Origin: a virus
Lineage: Duplodnaviria > Caudoviricetes
Direction: 5' to 3' (one strand)
Virus record (IMG/VR): IMGVR_UViG_3300023115_000022
Span: 1-60,636 of that record
Length of the DNA stretch: 60,636 nucleotides
In this document: positions 56,782-60,636 of the stretch, piece after piece
Position numbering within the stretch: the stretch's first letter is position 1
Layout: each line of letters starts with the position of its first letter
The notes under the pieces: model-generated
What the model saw: only the letters and a program-made list of their open reading frames with translations
Told to the model about the DNA's origin: nothing
Databases searched by the model: none
Program-made: the position numbers and the translations under genes

Positions 56782-58071
56782 ATGGCGAATAAGTTTAATA
56801 GTCTTTTTGATAGTATTGCAGGCGGAGCTCTTAATCCTAAAGGTAATTTAGGTGACTACGCACATGCGGCTAGACTTTATACAGATAATAATCATGCTCT
56901 AGCACCAAAAACAAGATTTTTATATCATGTATTTTTTGATATAAATCCTACAGCAGCAAGCATTATACCCACTATAAATGCCCAAAAAATAAATGAAATG
57001 GGCATGCTGGTAAAAAGTGCAACTCTGCCAACTTATACCGCAACTGTTGAAACTAGAAAACAATACAATAGGGTAAAGCATAGTCAAACATCTATTACAT
57101 ACGACCCTGTAAACTTAACCTTCCATGATGACAACTCTAGTTTAACAACAGCACTAATGCAGGCATACTATAGATATTACTTTGCAGACGGCAACCAAAT
57201 AAGGAACGCCGGAAGAGCCTACAGTCGAACACCGAATAGTTTGTATCAAGGTAGTTCTCGTAATAAAGATAAATTTGGTTTAGATAATAACAATCCAGGA
57301 CTACCATTTTTTAATAGTATTCAAATTAGTCAGTTATCAAGAGGATCGTATGTAACGTATACACTTGTAAACCCAATTGTAACGGCATGGGGGCATGACA
57401 GGGTTGACAATTCTGATGGAGCCGGCATGGCAGAAAACTCCATGCAAATTTCTTACGAAGCAGTGTTTTATGATGCTGGCGCTATTGAGGCAGGCGCAAA
57501 TGGAGAACCAAACGGATTTGGACAAGATCATTATGATACAACTCCTAGCCCATTAAGTTTAATAGGTGGTGGAACAACAAGCATAGGTTCCATTATTTCA
57601 GGCGCTTTAGACCTATATGATTTTATTGCAGGCGGCGATACATTTGACAATCCATTAGAAGCAGCATTAGCAGCAGCAAATCTAATTGGTAATGTAAGAG
57701 ATTTAAGCTCTGAAGGTTTGAGACAGGGAGGGTTTAATATATTAACCAGAGCAATTGGTAGGGCAGCGGGTATAGATGTTAGTGGTGTTGCAGGTACATT
57801 CTTTCCAAAAAATAATGGCACTGGAGGCGACGGAAAATTACTATTAGCTACAGCAGGCGCGGCACTAGCTGTAAATGCAATTAGAAATGCAAATCAAAGA
57901 AATACACTAGCAAATAATCCTGCTGCATTAGAATCTGCTGCTAGACAGGAGTTTGGAAAAGATTGGCAGGCAGCAGGAAATGCAGGTGGTATTAACGAAA
58001 GAAATGCTGCCTGGAACGCTATAGGTCAGTCAGAAAGACAGGTATATAGAGATAGAGCTCTAGGAGGTTAA
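56782..58071 (+). CDS. tube-fold baseplate/tail tube initiator-like protein (429 aa)
   Basis: PK.RFLYHV, VKS..LP, YDPV.LTFHDD, L.NP....W, ISYE resemble the tube family (T4 gp48/gp54-like). Confidence 0.6.
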   Translation: MANKFNSLFDSIAGGALNPKGNLGDYAHAARLYTDNNHALAPKTRFLYHVFFDINPTAASIIPTINAQKINEMGMLVKSATLPTYTATVETRKQYNRVKHSQTSITYDPVNLTFHDDNSSLTTALMQAYYRYYFADGNQIRNAGRAYSRTPNSLYQGSSRNKDKFGLDNNNPGLPFFNSIQISQLSRGSYVTYTLVNPIVTAWGHDRVDNSDGAGMAENSMQISYEAVFYDAGAIEAGANGEPNGFGQDHYDTTPSPLSLIGGGTTSIGSIISGALDLYDFIAGGDTFDNPLEAALAAANLIGNVRDLSSEGLRQGGFNILTRAIGRAAGIDVSGVAGTFFPKNNGTGGDGKLLLATAGAALAVNAIRNANQRNTLANNPAALESAARQEFGKDWQAAGNAGGINERNAAWNAIGQSERQVYRDRALGG

Positions 58072-58072
58072 C

Positions 58073-58435
58073 ATGTCAAGTCTACCAAAAACTACCCCAA
58101 CTAATGATGAAAAAGTAACAGAAGTCTTTAATAATTATTTTACAAAAAAACTTAGTTTCCCTAGCAATGAAGTAGATGCTGTTGTTGCGTTTTTTGAAAA
58201 AAGAAACTTTGAAAAGTCTGCTGCCATTTCTACTGCTACTACTCTCTTAAATCAAGCAAAATTAGATGGCGTAAAAGTTTTTACTCTAATAGATACACTA
58301 AAAGGACTTAACGAAGTACAACTCAGTGCAGTAGTTACAGAAATTTTAAATTATAACAGACTAAAGACAAGTGTATTAGGTTACAAGATTACAGAATGGG
58401 CAGAGACTACTGAGAAGAGAAATATTCAGATATGA
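58073..58435 (+). CDS. hypothetical protein (120 aa)
   Basis: AGGAGG RBS. Confidence 0.65.
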   Translation: MSSLPKTTPTNDEKVTEVFNNYFTKKLSFPSNEVDAVVAFFEKRNFEKSAAISTATTLLNQAKLDGVKVFTLIDTLKGLNEVQLSAVVTEILNYNRLKTSVLGYKITEWAETTEKRNIQI

Positions 58436-58866
58436 GCCGTTTTGCCCAAGGCAAATTTAATTGCAAGTACCCAGAAAAATATATAGGAACAAAAAGTCCA
58501 ACATATAGAAGTAGTTGGGAATTTGCATTTATGCGTTTTTGCGATGAACATCCCAGTGTAGAAAAATGGGCAAGCGAATCAATTAAAATTCCTTACAGAA
58601 ATCCATTAACAGGAAGATATACAATATATGTTCCTGATTTTTTTATTGCTTACGCAAACAAAGGTGGTAAAAAAATGGTGGAGTTAATAGAAGTAAAACC
58701 AGCAAATCAAACACTAAAAGAAAAAACTGGACGCAATCGTGCTAATCAAGCAGCATGGATTGTTAACCAAGCAAAATGGGAAGCAGCCAGAGCTTGGTGT
58801 AAACAAAAGAACATTTTCTTCAGGGTAATTACAGAATCAGATATATTCCATAACGGTAAACGATAA
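58432..58866 (+). CDS. gp4: head completion nuclease (T4 gp4-like, TnsA-type PD-(D/E)xK)
   Basis: P.KY.G, YRSSWE, W.SE...IPY, Y.PDF, IEVKP, N.AKW.AA, F.V.TE. Confidence 0.9.
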   Translation: MSRFAQGKFNCKYPEKYIGTKSPTYRSSWEFAFMRFCDEHPSVEKWASESIKIPYRNPLTGRYTIYVPDFFIAYANKGGKKMVELIEVKPANQTLKEKTGRNRANQAAWIVNQAKWEAARAWCKQKNIFFRVITESDIFHNGKR

Positions 58867-58869
58867 ATA
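58862..58869 (+). promoter_or_regulatory. T4-type late promoter
   Basis: GATAAATA overlapping the gp4-like stop. Confidence 0.65.
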
Positions 58870-58894
58870 TAGTAGCATATAATTGGAAACTGCC

Positions 58895-59383
58895 ATGACA
58901 AAAAAATTAGAAGATTTGCTAAATTTACCTGATTCTAAAGAATTAATACAAGAGCAAAAGAATAAAGAAAAAGCCGAAGCTGCTATTGTAGAACAAAAAA
59001 ATACTTTTAGGGATATAGCAGAGTTTGATAAAATAGCAAGTGCATTGCCTGCTGTAAAGGGCTTGGGTGACAAAGCAGATACAGAACTAGAAGATATAGC
59101 TCAACGGGCACTACAAAGTTACGAAGATCTTATGGACTTAGGTATGAACGTAGAAAGCAGATATAGTGGTCGTGTGTTTGAAGTCGCTGGTAGTATGTTG
59201 AAAACTGGTTTGGATGCAAAAGTTGCAAAAATGGATAAAAAATTAAAAATGATTGAGCTGCAACTGAAAAAAGAAAAACTAGACAAAGAAGGATCTTCGG
59301 ACGGAGACATAGTAAACGGTGACGGTTATGTCGTAACTGATAGAAATAGTTTACTAGAAAAACTTAAAAACATGGATAAATAA
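58895..59383 (+). CDS. probable terminase small subunit (T4 gp16-like)
   Basis: helical; RVFEVAGSMLK...KL.MIELQ.K resembles gp16 R..EV...L.K; C-terminal RNSLLEKL. Confidence 0.5.
   Translation: MTKKLEDLLNLPDSKELIQEQKNKEKAEAAIVEQKNTFRDIAEFDKIASALPAVKGLGDKADTELEDIAQRALQSYEDLMDLGMNVESRYSGRVFEVAGSMLKTGLDAKVAKMDKKLKMIELQLKKEKLDKEGSSDGDIVNGDGYVVTDRNSLLEKLKNMDK
59375..59382 (+). promoter_or_regulatory. T4-type late promoter
   Basis: GATAAATA overlapping the upstream stop. Confidence 0.6.
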
Positions 59384-59402
59384 CATATAATAGGAAGTGG
59401 CC

Positions 59403-59960
59403 ATGAAAAACTTTAAAGAATTTCTTACAGAAAGTCAAAAGACTTATAAATTTAAAATATGTGTAGCTGGGGAGTTACCAGAAGGATTTGCTGATAGATT
59501 AGAAACAAACTTACAAAAGTTTGATCTAGTTAATGTTTCTACAGGCAAAAAATCACCCATAACAGAACAACCGTTGGATTTTCCTAAATTACAAAATATG
59601 GAAGTACACCATTTTGAAGCAGAAGTAAAATATCCTACTACAAGTTTTCATTTGCAAGAATATCTAATTGACAACTGTTCTGTAGATAGAGGCCACTTGA
59701 AAGTTAAAGGAGAATTTGATCCTTTAGAAGAATTACAAAATACCCCTGAAAAGGAAGAATATGAAGCTCTGCTTGCAACTGAAGATATGGGTGGTACAAG
59801 TGGACAAGATTCTGTAGCAGGCAATAGGGTAATGGATCTTTTGAAAGAACTAGAAACTGCACGTAAAGAAAGAGAAATTGACCCAATGGAAGGTGCTCCT
59901 AAAGGAGAGTCAAAAGACATAGATAGTGCCGAAAATACAAAAGCAGTGTTAGGAAACTAA
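59403..59960 (+). CDS. hypothetical protein, candidate head-associated (185 aa)
   Basis: MKNFKEFLTE N-terminus resembling the T4 internal-protein capsid-targeting sequence; AGGA RBS. Confidence 0.65.
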   Translation: MKNFKEFLTESQKTYKFKICVAGELPEGFADRLETNLQKFDLVNVSTGKKSPITEQPLDFPKLQNMEVHHFEAEVKYPTTSFHLQEYLIDNCSVDRGHLKVKGEFDPLEELQNTPEKEEYEALLATEDMGGTSGQDSVAGNRVMDLLKELETARKEREIDPMEGAPKGESKDIDSAENTKAVLGN

Positions 59961-59962
59961 AA

Positions 59963-60636
59963 ATGAAAGATATTAGGGATTTAATTAATATAGCTGATGT
60001 TTATGGCAAAATAATAAATGAAGCACCACCCTCGAAAAAAGCAAATAGTTTAGCAGATCTTGGAACTAGAAAGCCACAAGGAACTACACAAGAACCAGCC
60101 ACAGGTCAAACAAATGCAGTAAGACCTGCACCAGGTGGCGCAGGACAATTGCCTCAAGGAACTACTACATCAGGTCCACAAAATGGACGTCAAGGACCAA
60201 GAGGTGGACAACGCCCACAAGGAACTACTACAGCAGATCCAGATGCAGCTGACCCAAGAGGACCAGACCAAAGAGGCGGACAAAGCCCACAAGGAACTAC
60301 CACATCAGGTCCACAAAATGGACGTCAAGGACCAAGAGGTGGACAACGCCCACAAGGAACTACACAAGAACCAGCCACAGGTCAAACAAATGCAGTAAGA
60401 CCTGCACCAGGTGGCGCAGGACAATTGCCTCAAGGAACTACACAAGAACCTGCAACAGGACAAACAGCAGCAGACGAATTTGCAGGTGGTAATAGACAAG
60501 GTGGCGAATTTGATACAACACCATCAGATGCACAACAAGCAGCAGACGAATTTGCAGGTGGTAATAGACAAGGTGGCGAATTTGATACAACACCATCAGA
60601 TGCACAACAAGCAGCAGACGAATTTGCAGGTGGTAA
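59963..60636 (+). CDS. repeat-rich low-complexity protein, 3'-truncated by the window end (absent from the ORF track)
   Basis: ATG 59963 with AGGA RBS; open to the end: MKDIRDLINIADVYGKIINEAPP...PQGTT repeats. Confidence 0.8.
   Translation, partial: MKDIRDLINIADVYGKIINEAPPSKKANSLADLGTRKPQGTTQEPATGQTNAVRPAPGGAGQLPQGTTTSGPQNGRQGPRGGQRPQGTTTADPDAADPRGPDQRGGQSPQGTTTSGPQNGRQGPRGGQRPQGTTQEPATGQTNAVRPAPGGAGQLPQGTTQEPATGQTAADEFAGGNRQGGEFDTTPSDAQQAADEFAGGNRQGGEFDTTPSDAQQAADEFAGG
60074..60466 (+). repeat. modular coding repeats in order A-B-C-B-A-A'
   Basis: A 78 nt (60074, 60350), B 63 nt (60152, 60287), C 72 nt (60215), A' 39 nt (60428); all begin CC(A/T)CAAGGAACTAC. Confidence 0.9.
60467..60636 (+). 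repeat. 72-nt perfect tandem repeat (at least 2.3 copies)
   Basis: encodes AADEFAGGNRQGGEFDTTPSDAQQ; units start at 60467, 60539, 60611. Confidence 0.92.

Noticed and set aside
58432-58866. TnsA transposase / Tn7-like element
   Set aside because: Motifs and context match T4 gp4 head-completion nuclease; no TnsB/TnsC genes or terminal repeats
2364-59920. Numerous 60-180-aa ORFs antisense to or out of frame within long genes (e.g. 10259-10804, 28553-28993, 47424-47819, 48401-48799)
   Set aside because: They lie within well-supported genes, lack RBS or family motifs, and are expected from codon bias and low-complexity sequence
60074-60466. CRISPR-like array (constant 14-nt head with variable intervening sequence)
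   Set aside because: Units are multiples of 3 within an open frame, the intervening segments themselves repeat, the constant part is too short, and no cas genes are visible
60135-60499. ORF-track calls 60135-60398 (+) and 60305-60499 (-)
   Set aside because: Shadow frames of the repeat-rich ORF starting at 59963, which has an RBS and follows the upstream stop directly
1-60636. Stop-codon reassignment as in some large phages
   Set aside because: Genes tile densely under the standard code, and TAA, TAG (31236) and TGA (32137, 34441) all end genes cleanly

Overview
AT-rich, almost wall-to-wall coding segment of a large T4-like myovirus. The host is not identifiable from the window; sigma70-type promoters and AGGAG ribosome-binding sites are present and the standard genetic code fits. 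Layout: (1) 1-500, a short ORF, a candidate stand-alone structured RNA with its own promoter and terminator, and a structured late leader. (2) 505-31236, a tail/baseplate/fibre module with two pairs of giant paralogues (1302/1349 aa and 1990/2685 aa) and a cassette of receptor-binding-type proteins. (3) 31280-40083, an enzyme island: U32-like Fe-S plus methyltransferase fusion, three 2OG-Fe(II) oxygenases, a flavin-dependent halogenase and a J-domain protein. (4) 40112-43790, further virion-type genes including a subtilase. (5) 43783-60636, recognisable T4-type neck, tail-completion, sheath, tube, head-completion and probable small-terminase genes, interleaved with low-complexity candidate head-internal proteins. 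Best leads: six ~160-aa Cys-x-(R/Q)-Asp helical repeats resembling phycobiliprotein subunits in the 2685-aa virion protein; a D-D-S-T/S/A motif recurring in loops of many virion proteins; the modification-enzyme island with a hairpin-gated ribosome-binding site; the orphan ~200-nt RNA; an annexin-like repeat; and apparently leaderless late mRNAs. All family calls come from motif recognition by eye; no database searches or structure predictions were run.
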